Shown: one piece after another, positions 11,835-23,427 of the stretch | Numbering within the stretch: position 1 is the first letter of the stretch | How the letters are laid out: every line of letters starts with the position of its first letter | Assembly: GCA_001661245.1 (NCBI GenBank) | Contig: KV454016.1 | Location: 495,381 to 559,380 of the forward strand | Direction of reading: 5' to 3' | Origin: Pachysolen tannophilus NRRL Y-2460 | Lineage: Eukaryota | DNA length: 64,000 nucleotides | Made by a program: the position numbers and the translations under genes | Notes under the pieces: generated by a model | Told to the model about the DNA's origin: nothing | Databases searched by the model: none | Seen by the model: only the letters and a program-made list of their open reading frames with translations

Positions 11835-12203
11835 TTACCATACATTTTCATCTTCTTCCTTTAATCTTGGAACTCTTTTTTGTTCCCAATCTTCATTCTC
11901 TTCAGCTAGACCTTGTAATCTATAATATTCCTCTTTCAAATTAACCTTCCTCTTATTAATCGTGGCAAGTTTCAAAGAATCAGATTCATCCAACTCCTTA
12001 ACCTTGGCATCTCTTTGTTCATATCTAATAGCAGTAAAATTAGTTAATAATATCGATCCAAGCACAACTGATCCAACCATTGGAATACCCAAATAAAGAA
12101 AATGGTTTCTCTTTATCGCCTGTTCATACCAGCCAAAAAAAGTTTTCTGGAATTCCTGCTGCTGTCTTGCAGATCTAAACTTTTTAGATTGAAAAGCTAC
12201 CAT
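11835..12203 (-). CDS. COX16: Cytochrome c oxidase assembly protein Cox16
   Basis: Single TM segment, FTAIRYE, LKEEYYRLQ, DWEQKRVPR, terminal ENVW. Confidence 0.88.
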   Translation of the reverse strand: MVAFQSKKFRSARQQQEFQKTFFGWYEQAIKRNHFLYLGIPMVGSVVLGSILLTNFTAIRYEQRDAKVKELDESDSLKLATINKRKVNLKEEYYRLQGLAEENEDWEQKRVPRLKEEDENVW

Positions 12204-12703
12204 CTCCCGAAAAAAGTATATATCGAATCAATAGATTTATATCTATCTATCTATCTATTTATCTATCTATAGTATACTATTTAAAAGAGTGAAAAATTGT
12301 ATAGTACCACATATTCTCATCTTCCACTGTTATGTCTAAAATAGTGTTTTGCTACTCACAAACACGACTTTTTATTTATGTCCCGAAAAAAACAAAAATC
12401 AAAAGTCGTCTCTCAAATATCAATTATCATTTTATAAAACTTTTTTTCTCTTTTTCTTTTTTTAACCGGCCCGTTTTTGCTGTGTTTTTTATGACAAATT
12501 TTGCTGATTTTATTGGTTTAGTGAACCTTCTAGTTCCGGTTGATATACGGTTTTAGTTTAAGTCCCGGTTAGTACTTTTGTCACATGAATTTTCACCCTC
12601 GAAATACCTGTTTTATGATGCAAAAAAAAAAAAAGAAAAAAAAAGTGCCCATTTTTCAATCAGTCATCATAGTGAGTATTATTACTGTTACTGTCAAGTT
12701 TTT

Positions 12704-12752
12704 CACTTCTCACTTCTCTCTTGTCAGTTCTCAGTTCTCACTTCTCAATTCT
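12704..12752 (+). repeat. Degenerate 7-bp tandem repeat (CA[C/G/A]TTCT), about 7 units, upstream of ILV3
   Basis: cacttct cacttct ctcttgt cagttct cagttct cacttct caattct. Confidence 0.6.
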
Positions 12753-12857
12753 GACTAGCATTAAATTAGTAGTAAACAAATTAGAAAAAATTGTTTCTCT
12801 TCTTTTTAAGATTACTTATCTCTATTTGATACTGATTTTTTTGTGAAAAAGCAGACA

Positions 12858-14642
12858 ATGAGTTTTTTCAGTAAGCTGAGCAAGTCTAGTAGCATTCAAA
12901 ATGCTACTAGATCATTTGCTTCTTCATCGAGGGCTTCAGAGAAAATATTGAATAAATATTCATCAATCATTACTCAACCAAAAGATCAAGGTGCTTCACA
13001 GGCCATGTTATATGCTGCCGGTTTTACTGAAGAAGATATGAATAAAGCACAAGTTGGTGTTGGATCAGTATGGTGGTCAGGTAATCCATGTAATATGCAT
13101 TTATTGGATTTAAATTTTAGAGTTACACAATCTGTTAATAGGGCTGGTTTAAAAGGAATGCAGTTTAATACTATTGGTGTTTCTGATGGTATTTCAATGG
13201 GTACTAAAGGTATGAGATATTCTTTACAATCAAGAGAAATTATAGCGGATTCTTTTGAAACTATTATGATGGCTCAACATTATGATGCCAATATCGGTAT
13301 TCCTTCGTGCGATAAAAATATGCCTGGTGTTATGATAGCTTTTGCAAGACATAATAGACCTTCTATAATGGTCTATGGTGGTACCATTATGCCGGGACAT
13401 CCAACTTGTGGTTCGGCAAATGTATCAGAGAAAATTGATGTTGTTTCTGCTTTCCAAAGTTATGGTCAATATATTTCTAAAGCTATCACCGAAACTGAAC
13501 GTCTTGATATTGTCAAACATGCTTGCCCTGGAGCTGGGTCATGTGGTGGTATGTACACGGCAAATACCATGGCTTCCGCTTCCGAAGTAATGGGTCTCTC
13601 GTTACCAAATTCTTCTTCTTCACCAGCTACTTCAAAGGCAAAATTGGATGAATGTGATAATGTTGGTTACGCAATAAAACATTTGATAGAAACTGGTATT
13701 CGTCCAAAGGATATCATGACTCGTACTGCGTTTGAAAATGCTATAACCTATATCATTGCTACTGGTGGTTCAACAAATGCTGTCTTGCATTTAATTGCAA
13801 TTGCTTATAGTGCAGGTGTTGAATTAACGATTGATGATTTCCAAAAAATTAGTGATAGAACACCATTGCTTGCTAATTTCAAACCTTCAGGTAAATACGT
13901 TATGGCAGATTTACTGCAATATGGAGGAACTCAAGCAGTTTTGAAATATTTGCTTAAAAATGGTATGATTGATGGAAATTGTATAACTGTAACTGGTAAA
14001 ACCATTGCTGAAAATGTTGAAAACATTCCAGATTTACCTATAGAACAGGATATCATTCATCCATTATCAAATCCAATAAAGAAAAATGGACATTTACAAG
14101 TCTTAAAAGGTACATTGGCTCCAGGAGGTGCTATTGGTAAAATCACAGGTAAAGAAGGTACTTATTTCAAAGGTACTGCCAAAGTCTTTGAAGATGAAGA
14201 TTCTTTTATTAAAGCTTTGGAAGATGGCAAAATTAAGAAAGGTGAAAAAACCGTTGTCATTATCAGATATGAAGGTCCAAAAGGTGGACCAGGTATGCCA
14301 GAAATGTTGAAACCATCATCCGCATTGATGGGTTACGGTTTAGGTAAAGATGTCGCATTGTTAACAGATGGTAGATTCTCTGGTGGATCCCACGGTTTCC
14401 TTATCGGTCACATTGTTCCAGAAGCTGCTGAAGGAGGTCCTATTGGTTTAGTAGAAAATGGAGATGAGATCATTATTGATGCTGATGAGAATAAAATAGA
14501 TTTGTTAGTTGACGAAGCTGTATTAGCTGAAAGAAGAAAGAAATGGGTCAAACCTTCTCCAAGATACACCAGAGGTACTTTATCAAAGTACTCTAAATTA
14601 GTTTCAGATGCTTCTCATGGCTGTGTCTTAGATACAGATTAA
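12858..14642 (+). CDS. ILV3: Dihydroxy-acid dehydratase, mitochondrial
   Basis: [37 protein letters not shown]-rich presequence from ATG 12858. Confidence 0.97.
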   Translation: MSFFSKLSKSSSIQNATRSFASSSRASEKILNKYSSIITQPKDQGASQAMLYAAGFTEEDMNKAQVGVGSVWWSGNPCNMHLLDLNFRVTQSVNRAGLKGMQFNTIGVSDGISMGTKGMRYSLQSREIIADSFETIMMAQHYDANIGIPSCDKNMPGVMIAFARHNRPSIMVYGGTIMPGHPTCGSANVSEKIDVVSAFQSYGQYISKAITETERLDIVKHACPGAGSCGGMYTANTMASASEVMGLSLPNSSSSPATSKAKLDECDNVGYAIKHLIETGIRPKDIMTRTAFENAITYIIATGGSTNAVLHLIAIAYSAGVELTIDDFQKISDRTPLLANFKPSGKYVMADLLQYGGTQAVLKYLLKNGMIDGNCITVTGKTIAENVENIPDLPIEQDIIHPLSNPIKKNGHLQVLKGTLAPGGAIGKITGKEGTYFKGTAKVFEDEDSFIKALEDGKIKKGEKTVVIIRYEGPKGGPGMPEMLKPSSALMGYGLGKDVALLTDGRFSGGSHGFLIGHIVPEAAEGGPIGLVENGDEIIIDADENKIDLLVDEAVLAERRKKWVKPSPRYTRGTLSKYSKLVSDASHGCVLDTD

Positions 14643-14962
14643 ATCATCTCACAGTAGAAAAAAAGAAGTCTTCAAATTTTCATGATGAACTTTTTTTTTT
14701 ATTATTTTTTTTTTTAAAAGAATATTATTTTGTTGCTATATCTTGTTAAGAAATTTCATAGGGAATGAAAGATTAATGGGATTGAATAGATTGTTTTGTT
14801 GTGATTTTCTTTTTATTTCACAATTACTTTATGGGAGTTTTCACAAAAATTTATTTATAATATCCTTGAATGGATTCATAATTTATTACTGTAATAAATC
14901 AAAAGAAAAAAAAATACATGTATTGAAAGATGTAGAGTTTGATTTCTATTAATCTGAAACAT

Positions 14963-17113
14963 TTAAATCCCAGTAGCTCCAGTAGTTTCCAGCAGGCCTA
15001 TCCACTTTCCATTTTCCAAACTTGAATTGTGATCACGATTTTGCTCGCTGATAAAAAGTAATTTATGATTCCAAAAAGACCCAAACCCGAAGCATACAGC
15101 GCCTCCTCCAACGCAGCACACATCGTTGTTCTTAAATTTGACAATATCAAATCCGACTAACATCGGTCCTTCTAACCAAAGTGAATCATTAAAAGGGATT
15201 GATCTTATTTTAAATGAAGATAGATCTAACTCTATTACCGTAGTAAATTTATCAAATGCAAAAAAAGTTGAAACTCCGCCAATAATAATCAAGCTGTTAT
15301 TTATATGTGATAACTTCAATCCGTACCGACCTATCAACTCGTGGGTGAAAATCTCTGTTATTCTTAAAGTAGTCAGACTACTATCGTAGATTATTTCATA
15401 TAATGAGTTATCAATATTATCATCGTTATTCAAACCTCCAAGTAAATAACCTTTTTGGTTAGATATGTCGAAAGTCATAGATGCCGATCTTTTATTAGGA
15501 AATTTTTTGTAAACTTGCCCATGGAATGAGTAGGTAATATTAACGTCTTCCCATAAGTTCTTTAATGAGTTATATTTGATAAAACTATTTGTCTCGTCAT
15601 CAAGTGAATTCAACCCACCAAAACATAATATTTCGTGATCACTGATAGCCACTGCCACATGTCTTGATCTAGCAGTAGGCAAATCTGAAATAGGTGACCA
15701 TCTATAATTCTCATTCTTGGTTTGAGTTAATCTCCAACAGTCTTTCAATAATTTTTGTGGTGCGCTTCTTCCACCAATTAATATGAATTCATTGGTACCT
15801 AGAGAAGTTAAACTATGACACATTCTTTCCGGTAAATCATGGTTTTCAATTACAAATTCCTTAAAATCTTCTTTATTTTTCGTAATTAAAAGTGAGGAAT
15901 TTAAACGTATAGTTGATAAACCTTCAGTGACTATAATATTTTCCTTATCGTTCAATGCTATTGCCAGAAATTTTCTTTCTAATAAGCTTGGATCATTTAT
16001 TTCCTCAAACCTGACTTTAAAATTTTCGGATTTTTCCAAATGATTACTTTCAAGAATTTTAGTTTCATTTTTAAAACAACATTTCATTGAATTTGAAGCA
16101 TGGACAACAATATAATGCTGTGTATAATTAATTAATTCTTCAAACTCATCAAAGGGTTCAATTTTTTTCACTAAACTCTTAAGATCTTGGTCAAACAACT
16201 CTTCCCAACATCCAAGTAAATCTCTTGCTTCCACTATTGGAAACCCTAGTTGTTGAAATCTTTGTAATTGATGAGAAATAGTACTATAAGATTCCACACA
16301 TTTTAACGGAGTAGATAATCTTTTAAAATGGTGCAACATTGTTCTTCCAAAAGGATGGTAGTTATCAGCAGTAGGTAATAGCTGTTCCAATACTACAAAA
16401 TGTGACTTTGGAAATTTTGAAGTCTCTTGTATAATTGGATTACAATGTTCTGGTAACATATATGCCAATGAAACTTCTGCAATAAAAATCGAAGTGGTAT
16501 TTAACTCGTATAGTCCCAATAAAGTCAACTGTTCCTGAAACAACCCTATATCACGTAGGTTACAACCAACGGCTGCATAATTATCAGTTTTCAATTGGAC
16601 CCCAGGTATCTTGCACGAATGATCGATTTCTCCTACTATTTCCATTAACTCTGCAGAATCTTTAATCATCTTGACCTTGTTTTCAATTAACTCTGGATAA
16701 TCTATATCAATGCATAAAAACTTCATTCCTGGTTTACCATTGCGCAAAAATTTGAATTTATTATCCAATATTTGGAAAGGAAGAGGGTCATAACCACATC
16801 CTAAATTTATAATAGTGTTTATCAGAGCATTCTCATTCTTTATTATGCTATCGATACAGTTCTTAATGGAGTTCATTCTTATCCAATACCCTCTATTGAT
16901 AGCAGGAGATCTTCTTTGTTCCTTGGAGACAAAATGATGGAAATATTCACCATTGACTGGTTCTGCTTCATTCAATGCAGGAAAATACAATTTCTCAACT
17001 GACCTCTTAGAAACTATGGAAAAATCATTTGTACCTTGAACCAACAAATCCGCTCTGATCAGACTTCCTTTATCTTTCAGAATCTTCTTCTGTCCTCTAT
17101 CTATGTTGCTCAT
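14963..17113 (-). CDS. PPM2: tRNA wybutosine-synthesizing protein 4 (LCM methyltransferase plus Kelch repeats)
   Basis: VQGTND, RRSPAINRGYWIR, NLGCGYDPLPF, AEVSLAYM, Kelch GG motifs, GGGAVCFGFGSFWN. Confidence 0.9.
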   Translation of the reverse strand: MSNIDRGQKKILKDKGSLIRADLLVQGTNDFSIVSKRSVEKLYFPALNEAEPVNGEYFHHFVSKEQRRSPAINRGYWIRMNSIKNCIDSIIKNENALINTIINLGCGYDPLPFQILDNKFKFLRNGKPGMKFLCIDIDYPELIENKVKMIKDSAELMEIVGEIDHSCKIPGVQLKTDNYAAVGCNLRDIGLFQEQLTLLGLYELNTTSIFIAEVSLAYMLPEHCNPIIQETSKFPKSHFVVLEQLLPTADNYHPFGRTMLHHFKRLSTPLKCVESYSTISHQLQRFQQLGFPIVEARDLLGCWEELFDQDLKSLVKKIEPFDEFEELINYTQHYIVVHASNSMKCCFKNETKILESNHLEKSENFKVRFEEINDPSLLERKFLAIALNDKENIIVTEGLSTIRLNSSLLITKNKEDFKEFVIENHDLPERMCHSLTSLGTNEFILIGGRSAPQKLLKDCWRLTQTKNENYRWSPISDLPTARSRHVAVAISDHEILCFGGLNSLDDETNSFIKYNSLKNLWEDVNITYSFHGQVYKKFPNKRSASMTFDISNQKGYLLGGLNNDDNIDNSLYEIIYDSSLTTLRITEIFTHELIGRYGLKLSHINNSLIIIGGVSTFFAFDKFTTVIELDLSSFKIRSIPFNDSLWLEGPMLVGFDIVKFKNNDVCCVGGGAVCFGFGSFWNHKLLFISEQNRDHNSSLENGKWIGLLETTGATGI

Positions 17114-17259
17114 GGCGTTGGTTCTGCTCAGCTCATATATAATACTATTCCTAGAGGTATTAAAGATCTAATCGAGTATCAAATCGATGCCTTCCCTATT
17201 CCCCAGAATGAAAAATCTTGAAAAATTTTGAGAAAATGCGGACAAAAAGAAAAAAAGTG

Positions 17260-17291
<32 letters not shown>

Positions 17292-17294
17292 ATG

Positions 17295-17388
17295 CTTCCC
17301 CACCAGGAGTCGAACCTGGAATCTTCTGGTTCCAGAAGTGACTAACGCAAATCGTAGCCAGACGCCGTGACCATTGGGCCATGAGGAA
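17295..17388 (-). tRNA. tRNA-Arg(ACG) with 21-nt intron (17331-17351)
   Basis: Minus strand reads TTCCTCATGGCCCAATGGTCACGGCGTCTGGCT-ACG-A[TTTGCGTTAGTCACTTCTGGA]ACCAGAAGATTCCAGGTTCGACTCCTGGTGGGGAAG. The mature form is 73 nt with A and B boxes, and T-runs follow downstream. Confidence 0.95.
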
Positions 17389-18314
17389 CGAAGCACAAGT
17401 ACCATAGCAAGAAAGAGCACTAGTTAACGAGCCAATGTTTTCTGGGGTATTGGGGGTAAAGGTATAGTTTGTCTATCTGAGGAAGAATAAACTTAAACAT
17501 ACTCTTGTAGTCATAATTTCAACTTATTTTGCTCTTGGATTAAATTCATTTGCCCTAGGTTTTTGTAGAAATTATATTTTTTTATCTTGGGCTTTCCTTA
17601 AAACTTTATTAAAACGTAAAAATACTGGTATTTGCCGTGACTTTGAAAAAAAAAAGATTGGTCATTGGTTAAACGTATATCTTAAAACTACATCTTACTT
17701 TTACCGCATATCGCAAGGACAGAATATTTGCTGAGTACTTGTTCTTACAAAGCTGAATTAAAAAGTCACAAAGTATCTTGTAATCTGTTGGGTTATCGTA
17801 GCTGGATAACATCTTATACTTACTTGAAAATTTTAAGTTTTTTCTTTTTTTAATCACATCTCAATAGTGCATGCAGTATGATTCCAACTTGTACACCACA
17901 ATTTTGTTTCTCATATGATAAAAAGTAAAAAAAAAAAAACGGCAAAACCTTTTTTTTGAGTTGCTATCAGTGATAAAGAGTTAAACTCCTCTTCTTGTTG
18001 GTTTTAGTAGATTATCAATAGTGAAAAGCGGATACAGTTTACTTCAAATCGCTCTATTTTTCAAACGACTACATTGATTGTATTACCCCTTTTTTTTCTA
18101 TGAGCATAAAAAATATGCATGATAAAATGGCATATAACTTTTTGAATTAGATAGTTTTTTTATTTTTTTTATTTTATGCTCTTCAACATAATTTTGTTGA
18201 AGAGGGACTCTGCCAAACCCTCTGCCCTTATTTGGGAAATATATATATTGCTATCTATTTGCTTTTTAAAGAAGTTTTAATTCTTCATGGCCTCTCGTTT
18301 GAAGTAAATTCGAA

Positions 18315-19931
18315 ATGGAGGGAAACGGTAAGAAACAGTTACACAAAGACAATCAGATTCAACTTACTCTTAATGAAGATCAAGATAACCATCATTTCCC
18401 AAATATTGAGCATCAGTACCATAATAGCAGTTGCGCCAAAGACGATGAATCTTTTAATTTAGATAAGTTTTTCTCTGAGCTTAGTTCTCATGGTAATAGT
18501 TTAGGTGATGAAAGCGAAATTTCCACTAGTAATGATTATCGTCAAAATTTAGAAATTTCAAACAATCAAGATACTATTAATAATGACAATAATAATTCCA
18601 CTTATCAAAGTGAAGATTTTATAAGCTCCAATAACTATACGTATCAACCTTATATTAATGGTCATAATTTGAAAGAGGCATCATCAGCTATTTTTGAAAC
18701 TATTTTTGGTTGTCCACAGCAAAGTCATAATAATAATAATAATAATATTGATCAAAATGATGACAAGACTATAACTGAAAATTTTGCTTCGCCGAGAGAA
18801 CCAAATTTTAATCTTGAGGATAACTTGAAAAAAATAACAGAAACTTATAGTGGTAACCCAGAAGACTTTGCACCTCCAAATAATAGTATTCCACTGGAAT
18901 TAACTACAACTGGTACATATAGCGATACCAATGCCAACATTGTCACCAACATCAATACCAATTCTAATTCTAATTCTAATTCCAATAACAACTCTAATCC
19001 TTTAAACAAAATTTATAACTACCACGATAATGTACTAGATTTCTTGGAGCCAGATGCAATTCAATTTTTAACGGAAGCATCGTTACAAACTCAGCAGCAA
19101 ACTCAAAATCAAAACCAAAATTGCCTGCTGAATTTTGTTTCAAATACTGAAGGAATTTTGAACCCTAAAACCAAAATTCCACAAAAAATTTGTTGGGATG
19201 AAATTTCACCTTTAACAGATAAAACCACTGAGGTTCCATCAAGACAATCAAGTATTGGGAGCATACCGAAAGTAAATTTGGTTAGTCCTCAACAGAGATA
19301 TATCTCAAAAATGAAATTAGAAGAAGATGGTAAAAGTAACAGCGAAGAAGGTTTCAAAATTCCACCTGCACCCTTAACTACAATTAATATAGAGAAAAAA
19401 ATTGATAATTTTAATAAACAAGAAAGAAATCGATTTGATTTCCAAACTGGGCCAATTTTGATCGAGGCTTCAAAATGTGGAACAGAGTATGGAGATATGT
19501 TACCTTTCGAAAAAGCTTGTTTTATAAATTTACCTTTAGAGTATTGGGGGTCAAAAAAGGTTAGCGAAGAAACAAGAAGCTGGGTACTTTCCGAATTATC
19601 TTGGTTTGATGAAAAACAAACTGGTTCTAACAAGAGTAGCTTATGTGATGAAGATATCAAACTACTGGAAAAAGATACATATAATCAGATGCTCAAGGAA
19701 ACAGAGGAAAATGTAATTAAGGTGAGAAAAAAACAAGTTAAACGCAACATGAATCCTATTCCGGCTTTTTTTAGACCCGTCAGTTACCTCAACGTAACAG
19801 GATATACTAAAAAATATATAAGAAAATCACCAGAATCTGTTTGCGGTTCATTAAATTTTAGAGTTGCAGGTGCTTGGAGCAGAAGGAGTGGCGAAGAAGA
19901 AAGACCAAATGTTAAAAGAAGAAGAAAGTAG
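18315..19931 (+). CDS. Uncharacterised 538-aa protein: N/S-rich acidic N-terminus, probably folded C-terminal part, terminal basic patch KRRRK
   Basis: 1.6-kb ATG-initiated ORF in AT-rich DNA; no family recognised. Confidence 0.75.
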   Translation: MEGNGKKQLHKDNQIQLTLNEDQDNHHFPNIEHQYHNSSCAKDDESFNLDKFFSELSSHGNSLGDESEISTSNDYRQNLEISNNQDTINNDNNNSTYQSEDFISSNNYTYQPYINGHNLKEASSAIFETIFGCPQQSHNNNNNNIDQNDDKTITENFASPREPNFNLEDNLKKITETYSGNPEDFAPPNNSIPLELTTTGTYSDTNANIVTNINTNSNSNSNSNNNSNPLNKIYNYHDNVLDFLEPDAIQFLTEASLQTQQQTQNQNQNCLLNFVSNTEGILNPKTKIPQKICWDEISPLTDKTTEVPSRQSSIGSIPKVNLVSPQQRYISKMKLEEDGKSNSEEGFKIPPAPLTTINIEKKIDNFNKQERNRFDFQTGPILIEASKCGTEYGDMLPFEKACFINLPLEYWGSKKVSEETRSWVLSELSWFDEKQTGSNKSSLCDEDIKLLEKDTYNQMLKETEENVIKVRKKQVKRNMNPIPAFFRPVSYLNVTGYTKKYIRKSPESVCGSLNFRVAGAWSRRSGEEERPNVKRRRK

Positions 19932-21289
19932 TTTTTGCTGATTAATTTTTAATGATTGTAATGAGATTTTATTATTGCTGATTTTTGTTATTTACTTGTT
20001 TAGCTTCCAAACCATGCTGAATATTTTTCTTTTTATTTTTTTTTTTTTGCTTCTTTCCTTTCTTTTCTTTTAATTTAATCTAATCTAGCTAAATAATATT
20101 TCGATTTCTGTCTTTAATCCTATTCTAAAGTATCTTTCTTGACTAGTTTATATTGAAGAAGGAATAATACATGCTGAAATGCATGTTTCTGCATAAATGT
20201 TTTTCTTTTAAAGACGATGTGCATAATTTCTTTCTTCAAACTACAAGATAATTGAATGGACTTAGGTTTTAATTGACTAAGATTGACGGTAATCATATCA
20301 GATTCACCTCTGAAGTCTATCAAGTGCTACATCAGAAATGCTTTCTTTTTTCCTTTTGTTTTGTTTGAGAGTTTACTTCTGATCGAGGTGAATCGAAACT
20401 CACCCAAGAATTTGCTTCTACAAAAACCACTTCCGAAATTATCTATATATATATTAGTTTCTCTCACTATGAGTTCAATACTGAGAAGTTGTAACAGTGC
20501 TTGTCATTATTCAAGAACTGAGTGACTGCCCATTAAATGGTGCAATTAGTAAAGAAATTATCATTAGGTTGTTCTAAAATATAACGAGAAATAGTCTGTC
20601 ATTTTTAGCATAACTATATCAATGGAAAAGTTTACTCATAGTAGTAGAGCACAGAATCATATTCAAAAAAATTACCTCTTTTATGATCTTCACAAAGCAG
20701 TTACGAATTTGTCAGTACAAAAAAATAACTCAAATGAGATGATTTTGTTACATATTCCAAAAATTTGACAACAGAAATGGTCTATGATCTTTTAAGTTAT
20801 GTACCGATAATTCGTAAACATCACTTGTACATCAGATTTCAGATCAAAAGTTTTCCTATATTTTTTTAAAAATAATTACTTCGTTTTCATCTCAGAAACT
20901 ATCTTGTGCTTTTTAATTTACTAAGATAGACTGGTTAAATTATTTTTTTTTATTTCTGCTGATGAACTTTAGATTATATCTTTATCTAATGCGCACTATA
21001 TTGATATAGTTTAATAGTATATATCTCTACATTAGAGCAAGATCTCTTCTTTTTCTTTAAAGATTACCGGGATTTGAAGATCTATATCACAAAGACACTT
21101 AATAAGAGCCATATCCACTTGAAAGACAGAAAGATAATATGATTTACAACTCTCTACTAGAAAACCTTCAAAAGACTTATTCTTGTTATCAAAAAGAAAT
21201 ATCATTTTAAAATAAATTGTATGAAAAGGGAAAGAAAATTTTTTTTTTTTTTTTTTTTTTTCAAATTTTTCATTGATATCATATAAAAT

Positions 21290-21327
21290 TGAAAATTTTT
21301 TATATTGATCATAATTATATACTCATC
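21290..21327. promoter_or_regulatory. RRPE (TGAAAATTTTT) plus PAC-like (CTCATC) motifs upstream of the LYAR-type gene
   Basis: Motif match; consistent with a nucleolar gene. Confidence 0.4.
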
Positions 21328-21350
21328 TTTATACCATTAGACTGTTGAAG

Positions 21351-21836
21351 ATGGTTTCATTTTCGTGTGAGGTGTGTAATGATACAGTAATCAAGAAGAA
21401 GTTAGATCAACATAAGAGACAGTGTCGTGGTGCTTATTTTACATGTATTGATTGTTCAACTACTTTCCAAGGTAATGATTATCAAAAACATACTCAGTGT
21501 ATATCTGAAGCTGAAAAATACGAAAAAGGTTTATATAAGGGAAATAAGAAATCCAAGGAGGTAAGCATCAAGAACCAGAAGAACGGAAAAATTACTGGTG
21601 CTAAGCTGGAACCACAAAAGGTAGAAGTATCTGAGATTAAAGTTACTGTTGATAACGATAAAAACACTAAGAAAGATGGATCTGTTTTAGAAATTTCTAA
21701 ATATCTTAATAAGAAAGATAACTCATTATATAAAATCGTCAAGAAGATTTCGAAAGATAATAAAAAATCAACAAAGGATATTTTGAAAAATTTGAAGATT
21801 GTTGAAAGAAATGGAGAGTTTCTTTTAAAATTATAA
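21351..21836 (+). CDS. LYAR-type C2HC zinc-finger protein (YCR087C-A-like)
   Basis: MVSFSCEVCNDTVIKKKLDQH...FTCIDCSTTF...HTQCISEAEKYE; ATG at 21351. Confidence 0.9.
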   Translation: MVSFSCEVCNDTVIKKKLDQHKRQCRGAYFTCIDCSTTFQGNDYQKHTQCISEAEKYEKGLYKGNKKSKEVSIKNQKNGKITGAKLEPQKVEVSEIKVTVDNDKNTKKDGSVLEISKYLNKKDNSLYKIVKKISKDNKKSTKDILKNLKIVERNGEFLLKL

Positions 21837-21950
21837 GATGTATAATATAGATTTAGATTAACGAAGAAAAAAAATATATATATATAAACCCAAAGATCTA
21901 TAACTTTTCAATTCTCTGTAATATAATAGCAAAAAAAAAAGAAAAAGAAC

Positions 21951-23126
21951 TTATTTTTTAGGTAGACCAGTTTCCAAATCAATTAAACATTCTTCAGTTT
22001 CCATAGGACCATCTCCTATTTGAGTTAAAATGATTCTAGAAACACCTTTATAAATCTCGTCAAAAGTTTCTAATTCAGCAATATTATCAAAATTTGATAA
22101 TTTATTTAAATTTTTGTAATTTTCCCAACCTATTTTAACTTTATTGAAGATTTTATAAAGTAAACCTAAAACTTCAGATTCATGTTCTTCCAAATAATAG
22201 ATGACAGCATTTGGACCAGCATCAAAAGTATAAGCTGCAATAAGTTTACCATTTTTTTCATTCAAATAATTGATTAATTTAATAATCATTTTTGATGTAT
22301 CATTTAAATAAAAAATTGGTGGATAAGAATCTAAACAAACTGAATGGAAAGAATTTGAATCTTTTATTGTTAATTCAGCAAATTTTTCAAAATTTTTTTC
22401 AATAATAGAATTTTTCATTTCAATAAATCTATTTGGAACAACTTGTTTAATTCTATATTGAAATAAATCAGATGTATTTACAGTTAATTGCATTCCACTA
22501 GTTGAAGGAACATCTTTTTTATGATCACTAACAACCAATATACAAGCCTTCATTTCTGGCCAATGTGATTTAGGTGCAACTTCAACAGCTTTTGAATCTT
22601 CTCCATTATCCAATTCACCCATTTCCCATGCAACATACCCTCCAAATAAAGATCTACATGCAGAACCAGATCCTTTTCTTGCAATTTTAGATAATTCAGA
22701 CAGAGATTGAGGTAATTGATATAATTTTGAAATCGATGATATTAAAGCAGCAAAACCAGCAGCAGATGATGCTAACCCAGCAGCAGTTGGAAAATTATTT
22801 TCACTAACAATATGAAGTTTCCAAGTTGAAATCTTTGGTAACAAAGGATCATTATCTTCAAGTCTTTTCCGTAACATTCTTAAATCATTTAAACACATAA
22901 TAGTTCTTTCAGATGTTAAAGAATGAATCTCACCATTCAACCAAAGTTGATCATTTTCAAATAAATCACTAGTAGAAGCAGTAGTTAAAGTTCTTAAATC
23001 ATCTTGACAAAGTGTAACACTAATTGATGAATTTGTAGGTAAATTTAAAATCTTGTCTCTTTTCCCCCAATACTTTAAAGTAGCAATATTAACAGGCGCT
23101 GTCGAAGATGCAACATAAACAACCAT
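21951..23126 (-). CDS. MVD1: Diphosphomevalonate decarboxylase
   Basis: APVNIATLKYWGKRD, PTAAGLASSAAG, GSGSACRS, YTFDAGPNAV; ATG at 23126. Confidence 0.96.
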   Translation of the reverse strand: MVVYVASSTAPVNIATLKYWGKRDKILNLPTNSSISVTLCQDDLRTLTTASTSDLFENDQLWLNGEIHSLTSERTIMCLNDLRMLRKRLEDNDPLLPKISTWKLHIVSENNFPTAAGLASSAAGFAALISSISKLYQLPQSLSELSKIARKGSGSACRSLFGGYVAWEMGELDNGEDSKAVEVAPKSHWPEMKACILVVSDHKKDVPSTSGMQLTVNTSDLFQYRIKQVVPNRFIEMKNSIIEKNFEKFAELTIKDSNSFHSVCLDSYPPIFYLNDTSKMIIKLINYLNEKNGKLIAAYTFDAGPNAVIYYLEEHESEVLGLLYKIFNKVKIGWENYKNLNKLSNFDNIAELETFDEIYKGVSRIILTQIGDGPMETEECLIDLETGLPKK

Positions 23127-23427
23127 TTCCTTAACTTCAAATGATAAATCCAAAGATCAACAACTAAAATTGAATTCAATTATCCCCTTTGTTCAAAGAT
23201 TTTGTTCAAGTTTTTGTTCAAATTTTTTTTACTTTTTTTTTTTCATGTTATTTTTTAATTTATTTATACATTTTTTTGTTTACGAGAAGAAAAATAAAAA
23301 GAAATTGGTCTACACCACCAGAATTCCGACTGGAGTTCAATTATTAAAAACGATGTTGATGCTATTTAGAATGGGGAATGGGGAATGTGATTAGAAGAAT
23401 GATTAGAAGAGTGATTGGGTTATTCGG

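Noticed and set aside
17128..17136. Minimal uORF ATG-AGC-TGA upstream of PPM2, and adjacency of a tRNA gene to a tRNA-modifying enzyme gene
   Set aside because: TSS unknown; Ppm2 acts on tRNA-Phe, not tRNA-Arg, so the adjacency is probably coincidental.
17196..17420. 74-aa ORF on the minus strand
   Set aside because: It overlaps the tRNA-Arg gene and a poly-T tract.
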